Shown one piece after another: positions 19,923 to 29,900 of a stretch of DNA of 64,000 bases. The stretch is from NCBI GenBank assembly GCA_964552755.1, contig CAZKHX010000001.1, positions 18,007-82,006 of the forward strand. The letters run 5' to 3'. The stretch comes from Candidatus Micrarchaeota archaeon. GTDB lineage: Archaea > Micrarchaeota > Micrarchaeia > Anstonellales > Bilamarchaeaceae. Made by a program: the position numbers and the translations under genes. Position 1 is the stretch's first letter. Every line of letters starts with the position of its first letter. The notes beneath the pieces were generated by a model. That model saw nothing but the letters and a program-made list of their open reading frames with translations, searched no databases and was not told where the DNA came from.

Positions 19923-21187
19923 TGCGAAAGGCGCTTCTGCTACTGGCAGTGATTGCCCTGTGCCATGCAGGCGGCGCCTCCCCCAAAGTAGACCTCCCTG
20001 AGCTCGGGTTCGTATTCGTTGGCGCGGCAGTGCTCCTTTCCACGGCATTCATCGCGATAGCGTACATGGTCTCCAGCGCGTTCCAGAACCCGCAGGCGAT
20101 TGCATGGTCGAAGAACCAGCTGCGGGAACTGATTGTCGGGGTGTTCATAGTGGTACTGGTTGTCGGCGCGTACGTGGCGGCGAACGAGCTCATCTCCAGC
20201 ATGACCGGCTACCCCAACGCGGTGGAGCTGGGGGAGGACAACATCCGCGATATACTCGCCCCGATAGAAAAGATATACAAGAAGGTGGGCGAGGCCTATT
20301 TCACGCTCGGCCAGTACCAGGGCTCTTCCACCTCATACGTCTCTGGCAACCTCGGCTACATATACTATCATGAGTCCAAGAGCCCGTATTACGGGGTGAG
20401 CCCGGTGATGGGCAGCCTCAACCAGCAGACCTACCAGCTCACGATGCAGATACTCTCCTTCCGCTTCCTGCTTGTGCTTCTCCAGTACATAGACGTAGTG
20501 GTGCCGAATTTCCTCCTTCCGCTGGGCATGGCCTTCCGCGTGTTCCCGTTCACGAAAAAGATAGGGAACACGCTGATTGCGCTCGCTCTCGGCGCGCTCT
20601 TCATGCTGCCCGCGTCCCTGCTTGTGGTGGACGAGATGCGGAAGGCAATCACGTTCCAGCATGTGGACGCGGCCGCGCTCATGAGCTTCCAGGTGAGCAG
20701 CGCCATGGGCGAGATGACCGGCAGCGCCACAGGAGATGCGCTCTACAGCCTCCTCATATGGCCCTACCTGGTCGCAAAGGAAACCTGCGAAATAGCGACA
20801 GTCCGCACGTTCTTCTCTTTGGGGGAAATAGTGTGGGGCGTCATATATGCGACGCTTGCCGCGATAAAGTGCCTCGCCGGCTATGCGGCCTGCTGGGTGA
20901 TTGAGTTCAACTTCTTCGTGTTCTTCCTGTGGCCGTGGATAATGTTCTTTGCGCAGAACATACTCGCGGTGCTTGTCGCGATAGCCGGCACCCCGTCAGC
21001 GGGGTTCATCTACGACCTGCTGGTCGCGGACATAGTAAAATACCTATTCCCAGCGGTGAGCGAGCTCACCACCTTCTCCATAATGTCAATAATAGTGATA
21101 GCGGTAATCACGTTCACAGGAACGCGCTCGATATCTGTCGCCCTGGGAGGCGAGTACGCCCTTTCAGGGCTTTCGAGGCTGATATGA
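19922..21187 (+). CDS. Polytopic membrane protein, paralog M1 of a 6-member tandem family
   Basis: Signal-like N-terminus, multiple TM helices, core motif 'LLPLGMAFRVFPFTKKIGNTLIALALGALFMLP', C-terminus '...LSGLSRLI'. Stop overlaps the next start (ATGATGA). Confidence 0.75.
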   Translation: MRKALLLLAVIALCHAGGASPKVDLPELGFVFVGAAVLLSTAFIAIAYMVSSAFQNPQAIAWSKNQLRELIVGVFIVVLVVGAYVAANELISSMTGYPNAVELGEDNIRDILAPIEKIYKKVGEAYFTLGQYQGSSTSYVSGNLGYIYYHESKSPYYGVSPVMGSLNQQTYQLTMQILSFRFLLVLLQYIDVVVPNFLLPLGMAFRVFPFTKKIGNTLIALALGALFMLPASLLVVDEMRKAITFQHVDAAALMSFQVSSAMGEMTGSATGDALYSLLIWPYLVAKETCEIATVRTFFSLGEIVWGVIYATLAAIKCLAGYAACWVIEFNFFVFFLWPWIMFFAQNILAVLVAIAGTPSAGFIYDLLVADIVKYLFPAVSELTTFSIMSIIVIAVITFTGTRSISVALGGEYALSGLSRLI

Positions 21188-22074
21188 TGAGGGCCGCGCT
21201 CTTCCTCCTGCTGCTTGCGCCGCTGTGCTCCGCGGCAACCTGCGACTTCGCGAGCGACGTGTTCGCGGATGCAATCCCGATAATCGCCGCTGCGATACTT
21301 TTCTCAGTGGCGCTTGCCGCAATAATGTACATGGCAGGCAGCGTGCTGCACGACCCCGGCCTGCACGTGGGCAGCAAGGACCTGCTGTTCCAGGCATTCG
21401 TCTCCATACTGCTAGTGCTCTTCATACAGGGGCTGTTCACCGGGCTGTGCCTCATGACGGCAGATTTCCTGGGAGGGCAGGATGCCCTCTCCACCGCAAT
21501 CTACGATCTGAGGCAGCTCAAGATTGAGGGTGCGCAGATACTCACCAACCTGATGAAGAAGGTGGTGAACGAGAAGTTCACCGCGGCGTATTTCTCCGGC
21601 TACTACATCCCGCTGAGCGGGGGCGAGACGTTTTTCCCCTACGGGGAGCACAACGCATATGCGCGCCATGCGGAAATCGTCTTCGACATGGCGATGATCG
21701 GCTACGTGAGCGTGGGCATACAGAGCATGATACTGAAAGGGATACGGGACCTCACGCTCGCGATACTGCTCCCGTTCGGGCTGATACTGCGCTCCCTCCC
21801 CAAGCTCAGGGAGGGCGGCAACATCCTCATCGCGCTCGCTCTCGCATTATATGTGGTATTGCCGTTTGCGTATGCTGTGAATTCCACCGCTGCGGACATC
21901 ATCCCTGATTTCTGCGACGGCGATGACGGGGTGTTCGGCGCATGCGGGGATGGGTACGGGTTCGGCACGGTCGGGCTCTACCTGTTCCGTACGGTATTCC
22001 TACCGAACCTCGCGCTGGTGATTTTCGCAACTTCCGCAGGCGCGCTGGTGAAAGTCGCGAAGGTGATTCCATGA
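21184..22074 (+). CDS. Polytopic membrane protein, paralog M2
   Basis: 'MMRAALFLLLLAPLCSA' N-terminus; core motif 'LLPFGLILRSLPKLREGGNILIALALALYVVLP'. ATGA overlap with M3. Confidence 0.7.
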   Translation: MMRAALFLLLLAPLCSAATCDFASDVFADAIPIIAAAILFSVALAAIMYMAGSVLHDPGLHVGSKDLLFQAFVSILLVLFIQGLFTGLCLMTADFLGGQDALSTAIYDLRQLKIEGAQILTNLMKKVVNEKFTAAYFSGYYIPLSGGETFFPYGEHNAYARHAEIVFDMAMIGYVSVGIQSMILKGIRDLTLAILLPFGLILRSLPKLREGGNILIALALALYVVLPFAYAVNSTAADIIPDFCDGDDGVFGACGDGYGFGTVGLYLFRTVFLPNLALVIFATSAGALVKVAKVIP

Positions 22075-23879
22075 ACAGGCGCATAGCGGCATTGCTGCTC
22101 CTCGCGATATTCCTTTTCGGGTGCGCCACGGAAGGCACTGCGACCGAAAGCGCGATAATCGAGGCGCAGGAGCGCGACACGCTCGTAGGCAACATGGTCG
22201 CGAACTGGGAGCTCTTCGCGGTAATGCTGATGCTCATCTCCGTGGGCCTTGTCGCAATGGCGTATGCGATTTCCATCTCCTTCAACCTCCCCGACCTGAG
22301 GGCATGGGCGGACGTTGAGCTCTCGGAAGTGTTCACCACCGCGCTCATAGTGATTTTCATAATCGCGATACTGGTATTCGTGGATGTTACTGCCGGCGCG
22401 ATGGTTGCAAGCGAGCCGATGTTCGCAGGGACGTGCGACCCGATGCTGAATCCCGAGGCCGGGCATGCCTTCTGCCCGTCCCTGCTCGCAAAGGAATACA
22501 TCGGCCAGTACGTGGATGCGGCGGAAACGCTTTACGAAAAGCTCACCAAGCGCGCGATAAACAAGGCGCAGGATGCGACCTACTCCTCCGGGCTCGGCAT
22601 CTCTTACCAGATTTACCTCTACCTCTCCATCTCATGGAGGAACCAGCCGTGGGAGATGATGAATGTGGAGCGGCTGGAGCAGCTAATCAATTTCACCGGC
22701 ATGGTGCTGGGCGCGCTGCACACGCAGAGGTTCCTGATAGATTCCATGTCGCTCGGCTTCGGGCCGATTGCCCTGCTCCTTGGCATAGTGTTCCGCTCGT
22801 TCTTCGTAACGCGCAAGATGGGCGGCCTGCTGATGGCATTTGGAATTGGGTTCATGCTGGTCTACCCCGCGTCGTATGCGCTAGGCTGGTTCACGCTTAA
22901 CGTTGCGATTTACGGAGTGGAGAACGTTGCGAGCGGCCCCACGGGCACATGCCCGCAGTCCTGCCTGCAGGCCCCTCCTTCCGGCTTCTACACCGACACG
23001 CTGGAGCCCGCGGCGTACAATGACGTTTATGCGGCCGCACTGGAAGAGGCGGACGGGGATGCGGAAGCGGCAAATGATGTCCTCCGCGGGTTCTTCAATG
23101 GCTCTACCCAGCGCCTCGGGGGCATTGAGTCGTGCGAATACTACGGCAATGAAGATGCGCTGAACTGCAGCTCCGCATGCAGGAGCCTCCCCTACCCGAT
23201 GCAGTCCTCGGGCTGCGCCGCGCGGGAGGCGGCATGCGCGGAGATGCCCGATGCGTGCATAATTTCGCACTATTACGATTCCGCGGACCCGGTGCTCCAG
23301 AACATAGATGCCGCAGCGGAGGTGAAGGCATGCCCGGCGGACTGCCAGCCCCTCGTGCCGATGAAGAGGGACTGCATCGAGGAATACGGGTATTCATGCC
23401 CGTCCCAGTGCAGGTACGTGATACTGGATACCGGGACCGGCGCGACAAAGACCGAGCCGGGGTGCTGGTGCACCGAATATTACCCAACTAATGCGCTCGA
23501 GCTATGGAGCGGAGCCCGCGCGGAGGAGAGCTGCGTGTACATAATTCCGGAAAAGGTCTATGACCAGCCGACCTACTGCAATGACTGCAGCTACACACTC
23601 GATCCCGGGCTTGCGTACAAGCCGCAGGTGTTCGTGGACTGCACTTCCCTTTGCGGCTCATCCACCAACCCCACCATAAACACCGAGGACCCGGCAACCG
23701 CTTCGAACAAGGTGGACGGGTTCATAGGGAACTCGGACATCAAGTCCGCGGCGAAGCTGGTGGTCCCCGCGTTCCTGCTGCCGCTGTTCAACCTCGCGGT
23801 AACCTTCATATTCATACAGACGCTTTCCCCGATGCTCGGCGGGGACATCGACATACCGGGCATGATGAGGCTGATATGA
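22071..23879 (+). CDS. Polytopic membrane protein, paralog M3, with ~290-aa Cys-rich extracytoplasmic insertion
   Basis: 'MNRRIAALLLLAIFLFGC' lipobox-like N-terminus; core motif 'IALLLGIVFRSFFVTRKMGGLLMAFGIGFMLVYP'; >25 Cys in the 22900-23760 segment; C-terminus '...IPGMMRLI'. Confidence 0.7.
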   Translation: MNRRIAALLLLAIFLFGCATEGTATESAIIEAQERDTLVGNMVANWELFAVMLMLISVGLVAMAYAISISFNLPDLRAWADVELSEVFTTALIVIFIIAILVFVDVTAGAMVASEPMFAGTCDPMLNPEAGHAFCPSLLAKEYIGQYVDAAETLYEKLTKRAINKAQDATYSSGLGISYQIYLYLSISWRNQPWEMMNVERLEQLINFTGMVLGALHTQRFLIDSMSLGFGPIALLLGIVFRSFFVTRKMGGLLMAFGIGFMLVYPASYALGWFTLNVAIYGVENVASGPTGTCPQSCLQAPPSGFYTDTLEPAAYNDVYAAALEEADGDAEAANDVLRGFFNGSTQRLGGIESCEYYGNEDALNCSSACRSLPYPMQSSGCAAREAACAEMPDACIISHYYDSADPVLQNIDAAAEVKACPADCQPLVPMKRDCIEEYGYSCPSQCRYVILDTGTGATKTEPGCWCTEYYPTNALELWSGARAEESCVYIIPEKVYDQPTYCNDCSYTLDPGLAYKPQVFVDCTSLCGSSTNPTINTEDPATASNKVDGFIGNSDIKSAAKLVVPAFLLPLFNLAVTFIFIQTLSPMLGGDIDIPGMMRLI

Positions 23880-24922
23880 TGAGGAAGCTGCTGCTGTTCG
23901 TGCTGCTGGCCGTTGCGGCCTGCTGGGCTGCCGAGCCCTATGAATGGCAGGCGCTCTCCATCATGGCGGTGTTCGTCGCGTTCATAGTCCTGGTAATCCT
24001 GTACATGCTCACCTACCTTGCGAATTCGCCGGAAATGCGCACAATGGTGAGCAGCGAGATGTACCAGGTGATATTCACCCTTTTCATAATCGCGATATTC
24101 ATCGGGGTGGAGGCGTTCTCCGCGGAAGTGATCGGGCCGGCTTTCGGCCTCGATTTCGGGGCGGCGGAGGGCCAGAACCAGATAGACTACGCACTGGAGG
24201 TCACGGGCGGCCCGGACGCATCCGACGGCCTCATCGCCTACCAGTGGGGCGAGATGCTCTCCTTCGCAAACAACGTGGTCTCGCCGCTGGGCACGCTTTC
24301 CGCGCTGAGCGCAAGGTGCTCGTTCCTCGGGTTCTCCTTCGGGTTCGCGGGCTGCGCAGGGCTTGCGGTGCCGTTCGCCTCCGCGTCCCTCGCAATGCGC
24401 GTGCTCTCAACCTCGCTGCTTATGCTCAATTCACAATACTTCCTGCTGAAGCTCGCGCAGGGCTTCTTCTTCCCGGTGCTGCTGCCGGTGGGGCTGTTCC
24501 TGCGCTCGTTCCACGTCACTAGGGGCGCGGGCGCCCTCCTCATTGCAATTGCCGCGGCATTCTATTTCATGTACCCGGTCGGCGTGCTCGTGACAAAGGG
24601 GATGGCGGACATGGTGGACTACCCGGACCCGGACATCCCGCACTTCGAGGCGCCGGACCCGACCGAGGCAGGGGAAATCCTTGGCGTGGACCTGCCCCCG
24701 GACGTCGACTGCAACCCCTTCGACAATGACTACAAATACACGAAAAGCGCGATGAACAAGCTGCTTGATGACGATTTCCTGCAGCCCATGCTGTTCCACT
24801 TCATGATTGCCGGCCTGCTGAATACTGCCCTGAGCCTTATGATAGCCCTCTCCGTTGTCGGGGGGCTTGCGAGGCTGTTCGGCGCGGAGGTTGACGTTTC
24901 CGCGCTTGCGAGGATGATATGA
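23877..24922 (+). CDS. Polytopic membrane protein, paralog M4
   Basis: 'MMRKLLLFVLLAVAACWA' N-terminus; core 'LLPVGLFLRSFHVTRGAGALLIAIAAAFYFMYP'; C-terminus '...SALARMI'. ATGATGA overlaps at both ends. Confidence 0.75.
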
Positions 24923-25932
24923 TGGGATGCCCTATTGACCTTTCAGGAGTTTACGGCCTTTCGGTGCTGGCACTGGGCATTACATTGATTGCCGTGGGGC
25001 TTGCTTATGCGCTCGGGCAGATGCTCAGGAACCCGCGCTTCAACGTTTGGGCAAAGACGGAAGTGTTCCAGGTATTCGTTACATTCGTGCTGGTGATTGT
25101 CACGCTTTTCCTTGTGGACAGCCTGTGCACGTTCCAGTATGGCGCGCTCACCTCGCTTGCGCCCATCTCGGTTGAGGCGTATGAGCATCCCGCAATATCG
25201 GATACGGACGTGGTGGCGGACGCCGCGGGAGGCTACCTCAAGAACCTCGCGTATTTCGCGCACATAGCAATGGGCAACTCCCGCGCGGTTTACGGCGGGC
25301 TGGAGAAGGCGCTGCGCTATAGCCGCTCCCCATGCATGCCCGCGTGGCTCCTCTGCATGCTCGGGCCGAACGGGTACACGCTCGCGCCCTACAGGGGCGG
25401 CTCCGGATGGATACAGGTCGCGAACCTCACCCTCTACACAGACACAATCTCATATCTCACGGTGCTTGCGCAGCTTGCGCTGCTGCAGTTCATACTCGGG
25501 GGCGGGCTCGCGGTGCTGATGCCCGCGGCAATAATCATACGCTCCCTCCCGTTCATGCGGATATTCGGGGGAGGCCTGCTCGCGATATGCATATCCCTGC
25601 TCATAGTCTACCCGTTCCTGCTGATGGCGGAATCGCTTTTCTGGAACCCGTATGAGATGATAGGGCAGGAGAATTTCGATGGCCTGGAAGACCTTGCAGG
25701 GAAGGCGCGCGATGCCAGCCACTCCGATGACCTCACGCTTTGGTCGGGAGGCGACGGCTATTCCAAGCTGCAGAGGTACTTCGACCAGGTGTTCCTCGGC
25801 TCGTCCGCCACATTCATGTCCTCGACTTTCCTGTTCATGCTGAACGTGCTTGTGATTACTGCCTCCGCGAGGGAGTTCGGCCGCGTGCTCGGAGTCGAGG
25901 TTGACATGAGCCGGCTGATGCAGATAGTGTAG
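24919..25932 (+). CDS. Polytopic membrane protein, paralog M5
   Basis: Core 'LMPAAIIIRSLPFMRIFGGGLLAICISLLIVYP'; C-terminus '...SRLMQIV'. Confidence 0.7.
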   Translation: MMGCPIDLSGVYGLSVLALGITLIAVGLAYALGQMLRNPRFNVWAKTEVFQVFVTFVLVIVTLFLVDSLCTFQYGALTSLAPISVEAYEHPAISDTDVVADAAGGYLKNLAYFAHIAMGNSRAVYGGLEKALRYSRSPCMPAWLLCMLGPNGYTLAPYRGGSGWIQVANLTLYTDTISYLTVLAQLALLQFILGGGLAVLMPAAIIIRSLPFMRIFGGGLLAICISLLIVYPFLLMAESLFWNPYEMIGQENFDGLEDLAGKARDASHSDDLTLWSGGDGYSKLQRYFDQVFLGSSATFMSSTFLFMLNVLVITASAREFGRVLGVEVDMSRLMQIV

Positions 25933-25940
25933 GTGATGAG

Positions 25941-26954
25941 ATGACTGCAGGCGTTGATGAGATGCTCGGGACGGTTTTCCTCAGCCAGTGGGTTGCGCAA
26001 ATGGGCTGGTTCACCAATGCGGTGCTCGCGGTCATCGTCACCGCCTTCATATTCGGGATAATCTACGTGATTGCGTACGCAATCAACTCCTTCCCGCTGA
26101 GGAGGTACGCGACATCGGAGTTCCTGCAGCTCGCGGCTACCGCGCTGATGGTAATCGGGCTGGTGGCCTTCATCCAATTGGGCTCTGCCGCGGTTTCCAC
26201 CTCCCTCGAGGGACTGGGCGTGCCATGCATGGGCGAAACATATGTTGAGCCGATAAGCGCCGCGATGTGCAAGACGGAAGAGCGGCTGATATTCTTCGAT
26301 GAGGCATGGAGCTTCCTGCGCGAGGACGTGCGCGGGGCGGAATGGTTCTACTACTTCACGATTTCCTATTACGGCGTGCCGCTGTTCCAGGGGCTTTGGG
26401 TGGCGTCAATCCACAGGCAGGTGGAGACCGCGCACTACCTTGCGTACAAGATAGTGTCCATACAGCTTTCCCTCAATGCGCAGATGTTCCTGCTGAAATA
26501 CATACGGGAAAACATGCTCACCATCTTCCTGCCGCTGGGGATAATACTGCGCACGTTCTATTTCACGCGCGGCATAGGCGGGTTCTTCATAGCGCTGGCG
26601 CTGTCCCTGTATTTCATATACCCCACAGCGCTGTTCATCATGACCGCGGTTTCCATCGGGCCGCCGGCCGTGCCGGTCCCCTCGCTTACCACAGTGGGCA
26701 TCTGCGACCTTCCAATGTACTCCGGAATGGCGTTCGGCTCCGCGAACCTTGCGACCATGGCCGGCACGGGCGGGAGCACGATGGCCTCCGCAAGCGTGAA
26801 CACAATCGCATCCTTTGTGAATACGGTATTCGTGAGGATGTTCTATGAGAACATGGTCGCGTTTGCGATTGCGCTTACCGCGCTCCGCTACGCAGGGGTG
26901 CTGCTTGGCACCGAGACAGGGGTGTTCCTGCACATGGTTTCGAGGTGGATATGA
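25941..26954 (+). CDS. Polytopic membrane protein, paralog M6
   Basis: Core 'FLPLGIILRTFYFTRGIGGFFIALALSLYFIYP'; C-terminus '...HMVSRWI'. ATGA overlap with the next gene. Confidence 0.7.
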   Translation: MTAGVDEMLGTVFLSQWVAQMGWFTNAVLAVIVTAFIFGIIYVIAYAINSFPLRRYATSEFLQLAATALMVIGLVAFIQLGSAAVSTSLEGLGVPCMGETYVEPISAAMCKTEERLIFFDEAWSFLREDVRGAEWFYYFTISYYGVPLFQGLWVASIHRQVETAHYLAYKIVSIQLSLNAQMFLLKYIRENMLTIFLPLGIILRTFYFTRGIGGFFIALALSLYFIYPTALFIMTAVSIGPPAVPVPSLTTVGICDLPMYSGMAFGSANLATMAGTGGSTMASASVNTIASFVNTVFVRMFYENMVAFAIALTALRYAGVLLGTETGVFLHMVSRWI

Positions 26955-29900
26955 TGAAAAAGCTTCTTGCGCTGCCCGCAATCGCCTTCCTTTTCCTTCT
27001 GGGGTGCAACGCGCCCACTTACCAGGATTGCTGCCTTTACGCGAACGCAAGCGATAGCGGCATCTGCGTGATGCTGAACGGCACAATCTACGATGACAGC
27101 ACCTGCGACATGGAACTGCTCACCTGCAACGTGACGCTGGACGACAGGGAGCTGGAGATCCCCCTCTGCCCGAAAGTGGACAAGGTTAGATGCAACACCT
27201 CCTGCGTGGGCGTGTTCTGCGGCAGCTTCGACTACGACCCGAGGCCGCTGCCCAGCCCCGCGGATGACATGCAGAGCGACGATGAGGAATCGCAGGAGCG
27301 GGTGACTGCAGGCTCCGCTTCCGAGCGCGGGCCGATAAACCTTTTCCAGTCCGAGTGCAGGGTGAAGAACATCACCCCCGCGTTCCTGCGCGCCGCGAAG
27401 AGCACGGGCGGGTTCACGCTCAACGTGTTTCGCTTCGGGGTCGGGAACTCCTTCGCGGAATTCGACGAGGCGATGGCATACTTCCCGCTCACCGACCTCT
27501 CCTGCAGGATAAACATGTACGGGACGAAGGACCGCTACGTGAACTACGTGCTGCCGAACAGCATAGACGGCTCGGAAAAGCTGTGCAGGTTCACCGGCAT
27601 CCTTGACGCGATGTATATCTGCAATATTGATTCCACAATCGAGTCGCACAGCTATTACGACTGCGCGAGCAGATGCGCGCTCGCATACCAGGGCTACGAG
27701 CCCAATGTGGACCCGGACAACCCCTACCCTACGGAGAACGAGGCCGGGGAGCTCGTGGGCAACCCGTTCTCGTACGGGATTTACGGCACCTATTCGCTTG
27801 CTCCGGCCGAGCCGCTTGTGCTGAGCAGCAAGTACCGCGACCAGGTTGACATGTCCGGCATCACGTTCACTTCCACCTCGCCATTCAAGGACGAGTACCA
27901 GCCGGGCTACAACTTCTACGGCGCGACCTTCAGGAAATCCGATTCGCTCAGCGCGGAGAGGGGGGGAATAGACTGGGCAGTCGCAAGATACGGCCTGCCC
28001 ATTTTCTTCACCGATTCCATATACGACTATTACTCCGGGGAGATGGAGGACACGGACTCCATGGAGTTCTCCGGCTCCACCACCGTTTTCACCACCGCGG
28101 AGCAGGACCTGCACGGCGCGTACATCCCGCTGCTCACCCACCACTCGGTTTATGCGGACCAGCTTGCCGAGGGCCACAGGCTAGACAACGGCTCATGGAT
28201 GCCGGGCGCGGAGTTCGAGTGTGCGGACAATTCCGAATGCATCTCCGGCTTCTGCAACACTTTCGACTACCACCGGGGCAACTGCATCCCCAAGGACAAG
28301 TGGATTCTGGGCGAATATATCTCCAACTATGAAGTGCCGTGCGGCTGCTGGGAATACCAGGGCGAGACGCTCTGCCCAGGGATGCAGAGCTATGAGGCGC
28401 AGGCATGGGACGACACAAGCGAAAGGGTGCGCGCGACCGCAGCGCTTTCCGCCCCCGTGCGTGCGCACAAAGAGCTGGAGGTGCTCACCCCGCTGCGGAG
28501 CATGCCCTCCAAGGGCCGCGTGTTTTCCCATGAGGATGATGAGACCGGGGAAACCATCCCCTACGTAGTGATACAGGTCGGCGGGGAAAGCAGGCACCCT
28601 ACTTACGGGTACACTAATTTCGGAGCCCTGGACATGGCAGGCGTGTTCGATGATGAATCGTACAGGGCCGCGATGGCAGCATGGCTCATGGCCGTCGATG
28701 CAAGAACCCTTACCATCGACCAGGCGCTTTCCCGTGACAAGTGGGGCCAGTGCGGCACGGACTGCGGCAAGTTCTACACGACCTTTGCGGAGGCATGCAT
28801 GCCCGAATGGGATTCCGACCCGGATGCGTATGACTATTTCCACATGTGCAGGGAGTTCCCCGAGGTTTCCGGCGGCTCTGCACCCCCCGCCGCAGTCTAC
28901 GGGAAAAAAGTGTCCCCTTCCACCGGGGAAGCGGTGGATTCCGGCTTCTGCGCCTCCCTCAACGGGAACAGCGAGCTGTACGATGAGGTCTTCTGCTATG
29001 AGCGCAACATAGACGATGACTGCGTAGCATGGTCCACTACCGCGATAGTTGTAGAGCCGCGCCCGGTTACTTACCGCGATGAGGAGGGCAGGGAAATTGC
29101 AGGCTATGCTTTCGGCAACTGCCTTGCGGACGAGGACGGCACGGAGCTGCTCACGCACACCTACGGGATTTGCGAGCAGTGCACCTTCCTCACGCTCGCG
29201 AAGCAGGAAATCGTTCCCCTCCCGCAGGACGAGGACGACCCGGGCTACCCAGGGAGCGGCGACAGGGAGGACAACAAGTACTGCCCGAACGTGGTGGTGG
29301 AGACGCCCTACGAGCCGAACGACCCTGCAGTAACGAAATTCGGGAGCCTCGGCCCTTATGACGAGTGGCAGGTTGGCGGCACTCACGGCACCGAGGACTA
29401 TTCTCAGTGCTACATGCCGGACTATTCCGAGAACGGCCTGCAGGAAGCCTGGGCCGACTACCTGCCCAACGCATACTACCTTAAGAGGAAAACCGAGAGC
29501 TACCTAGTGCGGGGCGTGATGCCCGTAATCGTCGCGACCAACGACAGCCTCTGGGAGGCATACACGAGCCCCGGGGGCGAGAGAGACTGGGCGCTGATGG
29601 CGTATTATTGGAACCACATCACGAGGGATGACGAAGGATATGCGCGGGTAACTATAGACGCGAGCCACCCCTACATGATTGAGCTTGCGGAGAACGAGCC
29701 GCAGCTGCTGGAGCAGTTCGCGCAGCATGACGAGGCCGGGGAATACTATGCCTTCGGAGGCCCGCTGCTCCTGAACGGCATACAGGACATGGGCGCCGCG
29801 ATAATCATCGTCGGGAACCAGGACCTTGGCGACTGGAGCAGCATACCCCTGTTCGGCGCTTACAGTGCCGGGGGCGGGGCAAGCAACAGGGACAGGGCCA

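Noticed and set aside
26888-29386. Long minus-strand ORFs (429 aa and 397 aa) within the giant Cys-rich gene
   Set aside because: Antisense to the 1387-aa CDS. Arg/Ala/Val/Gly-rich junk composition.
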